Source: Trichoplax adhaerens
Lineage: Eukaryota > Animalia > Placozoa
Direction: 5' to 3'
NCBI RefSeq assembly: GCF_000150275.1
Contig: NW_002060965.1
Location: 186,001-250,000 of the forward strand
DNA length: 64,000 bases
Shown: in pieces, positions 52,813 through 64,000 of the stretch
How positions within the stretch are numbered: position 1 is the stretch's first letter
How the letters are laid out: each line of letters opens with the position of its first letter
The notes under the pieces: model-generated
The model's input: the letters and a program-made list of their open reading frames with translations, nothing else
The model's database searches: none
What the model was told of the DNA's origin: nothing
Translations under genes and position numbers: made by a program

Positions 52813-53691
52813 ATGGGTCAAAAACCGAGTCATAAGGTGAAATTGTCTATTGGAGGCCGTAGCGACGATCGAATACAACATTTACTGCAATCGGGTCGTC
52901 GATATCGTCAACATAAGGACTACGAACGCGCTAAAAAGCAATATATTAAAGCTCTTGATAGTGTCATTAATAATAAGCTAGAAAAAGTTCTATATCGAAA
53001 TCGATTACTGTTAGAAATTTTCCTTGATATTTCTCGCTGCCATCGAAAACTTTTACAAGTGGATGAAGCAAATTATTACTGTAGACTTGCTGAAAATGTA
53101 GCTAAACAAATTCGAAATCAACTCGCTAACGATCACAGTTTAGATTCTATTTCCGATTGCGACATGAAAAAGCAAGATCATGCAGCATTAGATACCCACA
53201 ATTTGGATCATTTTGGAAGGAACGAATTAAGAAGTTATGACTTGGCAATTGGTATATTATATGGTAAGATTGGAAGAATGTATTTTGCACAATGTAAATA
53301 CAGTGAAGCTTTACCTATCTGTAAAACAGCAATCAATATTCAAACGACATTGCGTAGCAAATGTGATCAAGATATCGCTACATTATATGATGTTATTGGA
53401 CATGTCTATAAATATAAAAGTAAGTACGATGAAGCTTTGTCACACTATCAAGCCTCGTTAAATATGAGGCAAGAATTGAAAGAAACAAATAAGTTAGACC
53501 TAGCTAACTCTTATGAAAACATTGCTGATATCTATAGTAGACAACGGAAATTAGATGATGCTTTATCCTTATATGAAACATCGCGAAACCTTAGACAAGA
53601 AATATTAGGAAATGACGCCATCGAAATTAAGCATTCAAATGGGCGTATAACCAAAATCCTTTATTTACAAGACAAACATAACGATCTATGA
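52813..53691 (+). CDS. Short TPR protein (292 aa), N-terminus MGQKPS
   Basis: Two N-terminal TPRs, a linker, then about three 42-aa TPRs. Paralog of the genes at 61665 and 42733. Probable 5'UTR intron acceptor ccttttcAG at 52761-52762. Confidence 0.88.
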   Translation: MGQKPSHKVKLSIGGRSDDRIQHLLQSGRRYRQHKDYERAKKQYIKALDSVINNKLEKVLYRNRLLLEIFLDISRCHRKLLQVDEANYYCRLAENVAKQIRNQLANDHSLDSISDCDMKKQDHAALDTHNLDHFGRNELRSYDLAIGILYGKIGRMYFAQCKYSEALPICKTAINIQTTLRSKCDQDIATLYDVIGHVYKYKSKYDEALSHYQASLNMRQELKETNKLDLANSYENIADIYSRQRKLDDALSLYETSRNLRQEILGNDAIEIKHSNGRITKILYLQDKHNDL

Positions 53692-53762
53692 AAAGTGCTG
53701 AAGTCGAAATTTTCATAGCAGAAATTACAAAATTACTATAATTACGAAATGTAATCATTATT

Positions 53763-54380
53763 AGTAATGGGTTTATTGGTTAACAAACCATCACGCGATC
53801 TCTTGCAATTCGACCTTGAAATTAAGGCATGATGTATAAATCGTTACAACTATTGGTCATATTTCCTTAATTCTAAGTGTAAGGACTATTAGTTGATTTA
53901 TTATTAACAAGCCATCACGCGATCATTTGCAAATGGAATGTAAAATGGAAGTTATAAGTAGATACAACTGTTGGTCACATCATTTTGATGCTAAGTGTAA
54001 GGAATAGTAGTTGATTTATTATTAACAAGTCATCACGTGATCATTTGCAAATGGCTAGTGAAATTAAAGCACTAAATTTATACAACTGTTGATCACATTA
54101 TCTTGATTCCAACTGCAAAAAATAGTAGTTGATTTATTATTAACAACTCATCACGCGATCGCTTGCAAATGGATAGTGAAATGGAAGCACTAAATTAATA
54201 TAACTGTTGGTCACATTATCTTAATTCTATATGCAAGAACTAGCTGTTGATTTATTATTAATAAATCATTATTCGATCTTTTGCAAATGGACTATGAAAT
54301 TAAAGTACTGAATTGAAACAGCTGTTGGTGATACTATCTCGATTCTACTTACAGGGGCTGTTATTAATTTATATTGAATA
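53763..54380. repeat. 118-bp minisatellite x5, directly downstream of TPR gene 2
   Basis: GTTGATTTATTATTAA at 53892, 54010, 54128 and 54246 (period 118). The first unit is ~124 bp. Confidence 0.92.
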
Positions 54381-57259
54381 AAACCGCAAGTGAAGATTTA
54401 AGTTCTTGGCAATGTAGGCTTTTCACTTTTTAACACTTTTCATTTCCTTGCTCAGCTTTTTTCTTCTAAAGGAAATCATTTCACATCATCGAGGCAAATT
54501 GCTCTCGAATTCCATGCTCTATGAGGTAGATAAGATAATAGGCATGATGAGTATCTTTTCCTTCCTTTTCGCCTAACTGGTCCTTTCTCCTGCGCTTTTC
54601 AAATAATGTAGTTAAATTGATCATCATTCTCGTCTTGATGTATCATACTATGTTAAAACAGATGACTGCAATTTAGAAAGCAATTTATTACTATCAAAAT
54701 AGAGGCGTTAAATTAACCTTCTAACAGTGCAGTTATTTCTTGCTGAATGACATTTTAACTGTGAAAGCAATTTATGTGTGGAGATTTTCATTACTTCAAT
54801 TTCTTTCAATCAATTTTGTAACGGCTTTTGATTTTAGTAGGAAATAGCTTACTTTCTATTCATTGTGGTGGCTCTAACAGTGTGATAGTATATTTTTATG
54901 AGCTGATCTCTATCATCCTTCTTTACGCACGCCCAACAGTTTCTTTGACCTGTCTTATGTTAGTATTAAAATTGATCCAAGTCATTATCATTGCAGCGAT
55001 AGCTATGACTAATAGAATATTTCTCAGACGTTTGCATTCCTTTTTTACGGTATTAATACTCAAAATAAAGCATCAGTGAAAGTGTCGTTACTTTTGATAT
55101 TCCTTGTGAAAAGAGTACATACAAAATTTTAATATATTGGCATAAAAAGCTTTTAATCTAATTTGTATCAGTAAAATGACTTATTTGATCAATCCTGTAA
55201 TTAATACCCGTATTGAGAGTAGAAATGACTAGATATTAAGTTGATAATTGAGGATGAAATAGTCATGACGGACTAACTTTTTACGTTTCTTACTTGGAAA
55301 AATCACGTAATATTGAAATAAATGGACCTTAACCTAAATAGCGTCAGTAGATGGTAAGAACACTTATTTTGCTTATTAATTTGTGTGAAAGTACAATTCT
55401 AGAATATTAGATTAAATAATATTAAAATAAGTATTGGAAAAAGTTAGATACTAGCTATTGCAGCATTTTCTGCCTGTTGTTAGCACGTTTATGTGTTGCT
55501 ACTTACCCTTAGAGATTAGGCGCTTATACTCTTAGAAAATAGAATTGATTGAAGACCACTAATTATCTAAATCACAAATCGAACGTAGTAGCAGTCCGGC
55601 TATTACATCTAAATATTCTCTCGACAAACATATAAAGAAATGAAAGGATTCTGTTCGATGTCGTTTTAGTTTTGTTAATTAGATATAAGCAAGTAAGATA
55701 AAGATATCTGATTTTGCCATTTTAAGTTATAGTATGGTAATATAATAACCAAATTAGCAATGGAATTTGAAAATATTAAAAGTCATACCAATTCTATAAT
55801 TTCGCTAGCATCAAGGCACTGTAGTGACATACACAAGTAAAAATAATTATCTCTTGATTTTATATGTACAAATTAGCTGTCATTAAATGTGATGATCCTG
55901 TTTGTAGTTCAAATACTGCATTTTATCGCAATATTTGCTGTGATTAAATCGTATACTCCGTAGTTCAGTACTTAAAATTCTTCCATAATTTGGGCTAGGT
56001 TGATTTTTACTTTAAATTATTTGTATAAGCATTTGTGCATCTAATTTCGAAGAACATTTTTATTAAAACTCTGCCTGTCAAGATATCTTTCTATCCATTA
56101 TTATTTTAAAGGTTTTTATTGCTTATCGCATGAGTTGAATAAAGTATTACGTTAGCTAAATAATGTCAGGTTTCTGATTTTCTTTCTGTTTTAAAGGCTA
56201 TTAGCAGCTATTCAATATATTATTGCATAGGGCAATTCTTTCATTGCTAGCATCTTTCAAGATCGGGTTAGACTGCTTTGGTGTGGAATGCTATATGATT
56301 GGTACTAAATTTGTACTTACTATACGACGGCAAATGTAGTTATTTAAAGCTCTTTTGCTACCTTCTGTAATATAGCTAAAAGACTAACTTCACTATGTTA
56401 CTTAACTAAACTTGCCTAATCTAAACTAATTAGATTTCCCTAGATAACTAACAATAACTGAGAAATGCACTTTCGGAATCTTTTAACTATAGCTTTATTC
56501 TAGAAAATGCAAGTCTAATTTAATATTCAAAATCAATCATTCAAATAGCTTTTCTAGCCATAAAACCGGTTTACGATGTGTGATATATTTCGACCTATGA
56601 AACTTCGTGAATGCATTAAATTATTCCTAGTCTAATCCAGTGAATCTGTAATATTACTATAGATTAACTTGATGTTTGCTCTAGCTTATAATTAACAGGA
56701 TTTATATTGAATTTACCATTGACAATTCATATACCATATTTAGTATAATTTAACCTGTATTAGGAACAGGTTTGTATCGGCTATATTAAGTCATAAAATA
56801 ATTCATGTACATATCCAAATTAATAACTATCTTAACGTGATATATATGTTAACCTATATACATGTCTAAATTAAGTAAGTTATCATTCATCACGGTAAAT
56901 TCACTACTATGACACACTAGGATACTTACTTTGTTACTCTAGGAAGGTTTCTTCATCCTAACTTCAATTAGATCGCTATATTTCGCGAGAAATGATGTTT
57001 AAAAATTCTATTCATAACTAATTATGAATGATCGATACCAAAGGCGGTTTTCTCGAATTGTCTATAGTCCATGAAAATGCACGACATAAAGGATCCTTTT
57101 GATTTCTATATACATAACCGAATAATTAATAACATTCTACAGATTTTGGGTCATCATGGAGCTATTTAATTTCATATTGCTTCCTTGTAAAAATGATTGA
57201 GACTTGTAAGATCGCAAATATCTGGTATACCTTCATGGTCCTCCAATTAAATAAATAGG

Positions 57260-58446
57260 TGTTTGTAATGTAACTTAGTATTGTGATTGTAGACTGTTAG
57301 CCATGTGTAGTATAATGTACGGTAAATATTTATCCTAAGAGATATTTGGTAGCTATAACTATAGACTGTAGTGGTATAGACTCTATGCTAGATTACAGAT
57401 GACTATATACAGTAAGCTGTTGAGTTACTAATAAGGTTATAGGTAAAAATAGAACTGTAAATCATATATTAGGATATGGTTAATTTATTGTACTTTGGCT
57501 GGTGTGAATAATGTCTACGTAAGTACTGTAGTCGTATCCATATTGGATTAATGATGGTCCGCAGTAGAATAGTGTTACTAAGAATAATTTAACTATGTGT
57601 AAAATAAGGTAAAAGGTTGCCATGCGGATTGTAGCTGCGAATGCTACGAAAAGTATAAAAGCATGCAACTTTAGATTATTCTGTTAGTTCGTTCTAGAAG
57701 TCTTTAGTAGTAGTATTCGGCTAGAGTAGAGCTGTGTGTAGTTAATCTTTGCATAAGATTCAATAAAGCCCTTATTTTTTTTAAATTTGGAATTTCGTGA
57801 TTGGTATATATCACAGTGTTACAGTGTTAAATACTGTATTACAGTAGAAATATCTATGTTAGGATAGTTTTGTTAAACTATCCTTATTTAGTCAACTTCT
57901 AATTTGGATATACTGTGTTTTAATATAGCCTGACTTTTTATGACAGTGACACTTATACACATACTGAAATTAATAGTTATAATAGGGAATGCAAATCATC
58001 TACTTACAGTTCGAATCATTGGGATTGTAATTTACTTATGGTAGATTGTAAATTATCATGGAAATGTTCCGTGATAGGACATATCGTAATCTGACTATTC
58101 TGTATTAGTCATTACATGTCTATATTCGTAAATACTGTTGTCTGCATTAAGGGAGCAGTAAGCTAAACTTAATATCTAATTCAGTAAATGATTCCGAGGT
58201 TAATTGTATTAACTATGACTCATGAATTATTGAGGAATAGTATATAAATGCAGTATATCGTGAAATAAAGAGAATTCTCCAACTTAGTATTTAACGTAAA
58301 ATACGAGGCGTTTAAGTCTTTGTGTAGTCTGCTAGTAGAGCAAAAGTGTTTGTGATAGTGTAGATATCGTTCCTTGATACGTGGTTCAAGGAATTGACTT
58401 ATTGATCGTATATTGCGTTATCTTGTTGCAAAGCTGTTTTGTGACA
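57260..58446 (+). mobile_element. Solo LTR, family A copy 2, interrupted after base 4 by LTR C (body at 57817-58446)
   Basis: Colinear with 9898-10531. Perfect TSD ATAGG at 57255-57259 and 58447-58451 once LTR C is removed. Confidence 0.85.
57264..57815 (+). mobile_element. Solo LTR, family C (552 bp), nested
   Basis: Termini TGTAATGTA...TATATCACA. Perfect TSD GTGTT at 57259-57263 and 57816-57820. TATAAAA at ~57654 and AATAAA at ~57762. Confidence 0.82.
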
Positions 58447-61400
58447 ATAGGATAGCTTACTTTGAATAATTAGTTAAATTTATGCTATTTCTCTCTATAA
58501 GTTTGTAATATAATTTGCTTCGTCTACCTACTGGAGTCTTACTATTATGACATAGTTTCGAATTAACCTTGCTAGAAAATTTTACTTTGTGGTAATAATC
58601 GTGCTGGTATCTTCTAATCAAAGTATTTCCAATTATCAAACGAAGTCGCATCTAAATTAAAATCTCTTCGGAATATCTTCAATGCATGAACATTGTCTTA
58701 TATGGAATTATCCGTTTATCCAAATTTATAATTCAAATTGAATTCACCCAATAATAAAGGTTATTCTATTACCTAATGTAGATATAGCAAAACTAGAACT
58801 TTGCCGGTTCAAAATTAAGCTACTCTTGCGATATTGACTTGATATTCTATAATTGTGACAAACAATGAATAATCATTTTTACTCAATTAATTATGCCTCC
58901 TTCACGATCACAATAGAAAATGAAGCCCCATTCTTTTAAATAATCATGACCCATCTTATATTTCCTATTATAATGCTCTTATTAATCTGTGTAAAAAAAT
59001 AAAGTCAGCGTTGCTAAAATTTTTTACTTCAATGTTTACTAACAAGAAAAAAGTTAGCCAAGAATTGATTTAAGATTTTTGGATAGCATCTTAATACCGG
59101 TATTTAATGCATTTTTAGAGAGGAAATGCGAATTGTGTCTCGTATATTACCGGAAGGAAGGTGATGGAAGTAATAATTACGAAATGTTGCTAATATGCTA
59201 CGTAAATTTGAATGCTTTACCATCAATTATTGATATCTAATTTTATGATTGCGAGATCTTATCAATTTGAATATTTTAACTACGATGGCCTTAAATTTCT
59301 GGAAAAAAATCATTGTCTATCTCCGATTAGATTATCTACTTCAGAATTTAAGCAGGCTAACTGCTAAGATATGGCTATTTAAATTGAATAGCATTTATAT
59401 TTCTTTCTCATTCGTTTATATTACTATATTCTAGCAGAATATTGTAGTTCTCAGTTAAAGCTTATAAAAACTTTGCTGCATATTAAGGCCAACTTAACTT
59501 CTATAGTACGTCAAAATAGCTAGCAGAAATACTAAATATATCTTTACGTAAATGTAAGTATTAGAAAAATAATTCAATTTTGAAACTTGTGTGCAAGCTG
59601 CTTTCCTTAGTACAAAATGGTTAACAGATAGTACCAGCAGCTTGTGAATTCTCATAGCAATTAAGTTTCTAGATGAAGAACATCAAAAGTAGTAAGACCA
59701 CATATACTCCAGTTTTTTTCACGATAGATGAAATTAGCTGTAGTGGCTTGCAGATAATTTTCTACACCTTTATCGTGGCATTAACACCATTTGCATTACT
59801 TTAATTTACGGTATCTTCAGTATTAGCTAACTTTTAACAATTTTTTCAAATAAAACCAAGTCTGCGAATTTTTCCACCTATGGCACGATCTTAAGGCTTA
59901 TCTAAGTGTTTAACTGAAAAACGTAAGGCTGATGATTTTATACAGTAAAACGCTGATAAAAAATCACGATAAAGGTACTGTTTAGATAAAGTGGAAAATT
60001 TAAGTGCTTACTACAGCGCTTGTTGGTCAGTTCTTGAGTTAAGCTATTCCCACGGATCTATTCATCCAATCATGAGAGTATCCACAACTAATTAAATTAA
60101 AGAAATCACAATATACCGGTAATTCTGCACGCACGATAAAAGCTCTTCCGTTAAGTAAGCTATCGGTCTTAATTACATATAGCGTAAACTATTATAGTAT
60201 CTGTTAATAATAAACGGTACAATATTCACCTTAAAAGCCGTTTAACTATTAATTGAAATATTATTAAAAATATAAGTATAATTTGACTTAAGATGAACCC
60301 TGACCAATTATTATTATCGCTCACTTCTATGAATTCATTAGTTATGAAATCGTCCTTCATATTTTTTAACATTAAAGCCCAAGATAGCTTAATTGTTGAT
60401 TTTGCATTTTGGAAAGACACCTAATAAATGAAGCAATGGTCAATTTAAAAATCTAGTTAATTCAACCAAGCTAGTATTGACCAGCTACAAACTATAGAGA
60501 TGGATAGAATAATTTATGTATGATTTTATTACCTTATCCATAGTAGAAAACTTTTATAAACGTGGTCATTTCCCTTAATTTTTAGGATATAGACTGGAAA
60601 TAGATCTGACTCAGCAACTGGGTCATGCTAAAATAAAAGTAATTGTCTAGATGCGGCAGGAAATAAAACAAAATTTAAATAATTAAATTTTAAATTAGTC
60701 TAGCCCGGAATAATAGTTTCATAATTAACTGAATCAATTAGCTATAGTACCTATAGATGTTAAGAAAGAATTTATTCAGCGTTCAACTGAGAAAAATATT
60801 AATCACTTTATTAATTAGTTTATCGAAATCCACTCAAGCTATTCATAAGTTATTATTTATCCGACATGTTACGATTGTAGAGTATGAAAATCGAGCCTAC
60901 TACAAAGAGCGTAATTTTAAGATAATTAATACTATTGAACTTCTAGAACCAACGCCATTGCTGTAAAAAAATAGTCAAGTATTTAATCTAATCTAAGGTA
61001 TGATCTTTCAAAATATATTTGACAGATCTCAGATATCGAACGCTTAAAACTGGGAAAAATTGGATTATAATAATAATATCAATTATGCAATGAATTTAAA
61101 ATGTCTCTTCCGCACGAATCATTAACTAAAATAGTACATTGAATCATCATACCATCTATGGCCAGCTGTGCTTTAATCAATCTACTAACTATATTGTTTA
61201 CGTTCTATGTAATGTATCGTAGTAAACATCAAAGGGTTAATTGTATGCATGCTTGGATGATTTTTTTCATATAGTATACTCTAAAATCCTCCATTGATTC
61301 TAATTTGTCTTTCACTTTGATGAATTTAATTTAATAATAAAATACTTACCCGGCAAAGAAGTTATTGTTATGTAAATTGAATTGAAGGAAATACAAAGCT

Positions 61401-61664
61401 AAATTGTCACTTTGATGGCTGTATTTTATTTAATTTACGGTAATTAAGACCGGATGACTGATATGAAATTTTTAACCATTGAGCGGGCATGACTATTATT
61501 CAATGCAATCGTATTTAATCCAAGAAATATCATTATTTTCTGCTTAAAGTTCTCGACTGACACTTTCCTCATCGAATAGCTAAGTTTAAACAAACTTTGC
61601 ATTTGTGTTGGGATTGTCAATCCGAATTTAAGAAACTGTGGTAAAAGCTTGCCTGATATTCATT

Positions 61665-62570
61665 ATGGGTCATAACATCAGCCACGTCGTTAAATCATCA
61701 CTAGAAAGTCGCAGTAATTACCAAATAGAGTCTTTACTGCAATCTGGTCATCGGCTTTGCAAAAGTAAAGATTACGAAAATGCAAGAATCCACTACTTGA
61801 AAGCCTTAGAAATTATCAATCAGAAAGGTAGTGAAGGACTTTATCGTGATCAACTATGCTGTGAAATCTACATGACCATTGCTTACATTTATCAACATCA
61901 GTTACAAAGTGACGAGGCAGAATTGTATTGCCGACTGGCTGATACATTAATTGGTCAAATCAAAACCCAACTGCGCGAGAATAAAGATTTGCATTCTGTA
62001 TCTGTATTGAAAGCCAATAAAAATAATCACGATAATCATTTAATATCTAGTTGGACCGATTTTGGCCGTGATAATTTAGATGCATTGGAAAATTACACTA
62101 TAATTTTAGCTTCATTATATACCAAAATAGGCAGTATAAAATACAGCCAGTATAAATATGAATCTGCAGTATCGGTTTGCCAGAGGGCGATTTTTATTAA
62201 ATCGAATCTCTTAGGCATTCGTGGTGATTCAGATATTGCCACCATGTATGATGTCATTGGTCATTCCTATAAATATCAAGGTAAATACACCAATGCCCTG
62301 GATAATTATCATAAGTCATTAAAGATCCAATCAAAAATATCAGGAAACGGAAATTATAGTCTAAGTATCGCCAACTGTTATGAAAATATTGGCGAAATAT
62401 TTCATCGACAGAAAAATTTCGGTCAAGCTTTATCCTTGCATAAGAAATCGTTGAATATTCGATCAAAGATATTAGGATACGATACTATTGAAGTCTTACA
62501 CTCCAGCAGTAGACTTGCTAAAACTATGTGGGAATATAACAACGCTTGTGAATCTGCTATACAGGACTAA
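61665..62570 (+). CDS. Short TPR protein (301 aa), N-terminus MGHNIS
   Basis: The first ATG at 61665 aligns with the paralog starts; the track's GTG start at 61638 is unlikely in a eukaryote. Shares LLQSG, LYR..L..EI, DIAT.YDVIGH.YKY and AN.YENI with the gene at 52813. Confidence 0.88.
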   Translation: MGHNISHVVKSSLESRSNYQIESLLQSGHRLCKSKDYENARIHYLKALEIINQKGSEGLYRDQLCCEIYMTIAYIYQHQLQSDEAELYCRLADTLIGQIKTQLRENKDLHSVSVLKANKNNHDNHLISSWTDFGRDNLDALENYTIILASLYTKIGSIKYSQYKYESAVSVCQRAIFIKSNLLGIRGDSDIATMYDVIGHSYKYQGKYTNALDNYHKSLKIQSKISGNGNYSLSIANCYENIGEIFHRQKNFGQALSLHKKSLNIRSKILGYDTIEVLHSSSRLAKTMWEYNNACESAIQD

Positions 62571-64000
62571 TATGAAATTCAAGAATGCAAAATATAGATA
62601 TTGGCGAAATAAGTTCAAAAAAGATGTTATCTTATTTGTAATTATAATTTGACTATTATTGTATTCTCAGAGATGTAAAGGGGTCATATCAGACATGATT
62701 GGTGCATACAGTCTGAAACTTGATTTTTCTAAATTGTATAAAATTCTTTGAGTTTTTCTAATATTGCTAAGCGTTAATACGATCTAATTTAATCAGTAAT
62801 GTGATTTACATATTTTTTCTGATGCATTTTTAAGATTTTTATAATAGCTGTATAAATTTTTGCATAATTATAAATATTACTAATTGGATAGAGAGCGAGA
62901 AATCAGTTGCTACATAAACCGTGGGTGACAAGAAAAAGAGAAGAAACATTGATAGAAATTTTACTAATCGTATTCATTAATGACAAGGAAAAAAAATAAA
63001 ATAAAATATTCTCAAAATTAGATGCTGATAATTACTCTCATACAATATTTATAGTTCTATTAAGGAAAGATGCTTAAGCGAATGCGATTTAAAAATGAAA
63101 CGACAAAAAATCAAGATATTATCCAACAATGACAGCTTTCTGCTTTTCAAGTTTTATCTATGTTTGCGCAGAAATAGAAAATATTCCTCAAATCAAGTCT
63201 TATCAGGAAAATATGACAGAAGCATGACATTAAAGTATCTGGATAACTGTAATATGTATATAGCCGATAGCTACTTCTCTACTTTTTGAAATAGAAAGTA
63301 ATAGTTAGCAAATAAGCCATTTCGTTTCTAATTAATTCTGGCTGGGTTTATCTAGGCAGTTACAGCATACCATTAGGATTATTTAACGATTGCCATATTA
63401 ATAAAGTAGATAATTCGTTATTTTAATGAAATAGCAGTAAATAGTCAGGAAATGAACTGTTAGTTTTCTAACATAGATCATGGCTGGCATCTATCCACGG
63501 AGAGCCGCAGCATAAAATTAAGAAGCCTAAATGGCTATAATCGTGATATACTTGATACATAGTTCTTTCTTCTATAAAATAGTATTAGGGAACTAAAGAA
63601 TTAATTATTAATTTCCTACTAGATTTTATCTATGATAGATCGCAGCAGCTAGCAAGTCTGTTAGTGCTGCTTCGACAAATTCCTATGGTAATATCTACTA
63701 GAAAGCGACAACAAAGCATTTTCTCTGATTTATTTCCTACTCAATAGAAAAAACTACTTCTGTACTGTATATAATCAGTTCTAGGGATCAATTCATAAAT
63801 TGTGAACTTTTATGGTAGATTACGAGCACTATAACGAGCTTTACTGATCAATTATAGGCTTATACAGTAATTTAGTTATTATTACATATCTTTTGAAGAA
63901 ACAATTCGGTTCTTGCTTTGCCGATAAAGAATCATGAATTCACATACTTGTATATCCGTGTTAATAATTAATTAATCATACTTATTTATATTACAGCTGT

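Noticed and set aside
53763-54380. CRISPR-like array
   Set aside because: Whole units are homologous with no unique spacers, there are no cas genes, and the context is eukaryotic.
54390-55080. Coding-like stretch on the minus strand and the 83-aa plus ORF
   Set aside because: Multiple stops on the minus strand and no recognisable motif, so it cannot be assigned.
2513-63289. Remaining 60-90 aa ORFs in the track
   Set aside because: No motifs, often non-ATG starts, and several overlap real genes or LTRs; expected by chance.

Overview
AT-rich eukaryotic (animal) genomic DNA with GT-AG introns; the gene content suggests a placozoan such as Trichoplax (inference, not verified). The left half holds four tandem + strand 7TM receptor genes (atypical class A GPCR-like). 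Each has a short N-glycosylation-sequon first exon, missed by the ORF track, joined through a conserved phase-1 intron, and they alternate between two subfamilies (A-B-A-B). The right half holds three paralogous genes built from 42-aa (KLC/NPHP3-type) TPR repeats, of 1080, 292 and 301 aa. All begin MGxxxS (candidate N-myristoylation), and two are flanked by minisatellites that look derived from TPR-coding DNA. The intergenic DNA is rich in retroelement debris: five solo LTRs with 5-bp target-site duplications (TSDs), three older LTR candidates, a decayed Ty3/gypsy gag-pol fossil and a probable L1/Tx1-type endonuclease relic. One solo LTR is nested in the terminus of another, and one sits on a GPCR splice donor. 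No rRNA, tRNA or CRISPR was recognised. All alignments were done by eye.
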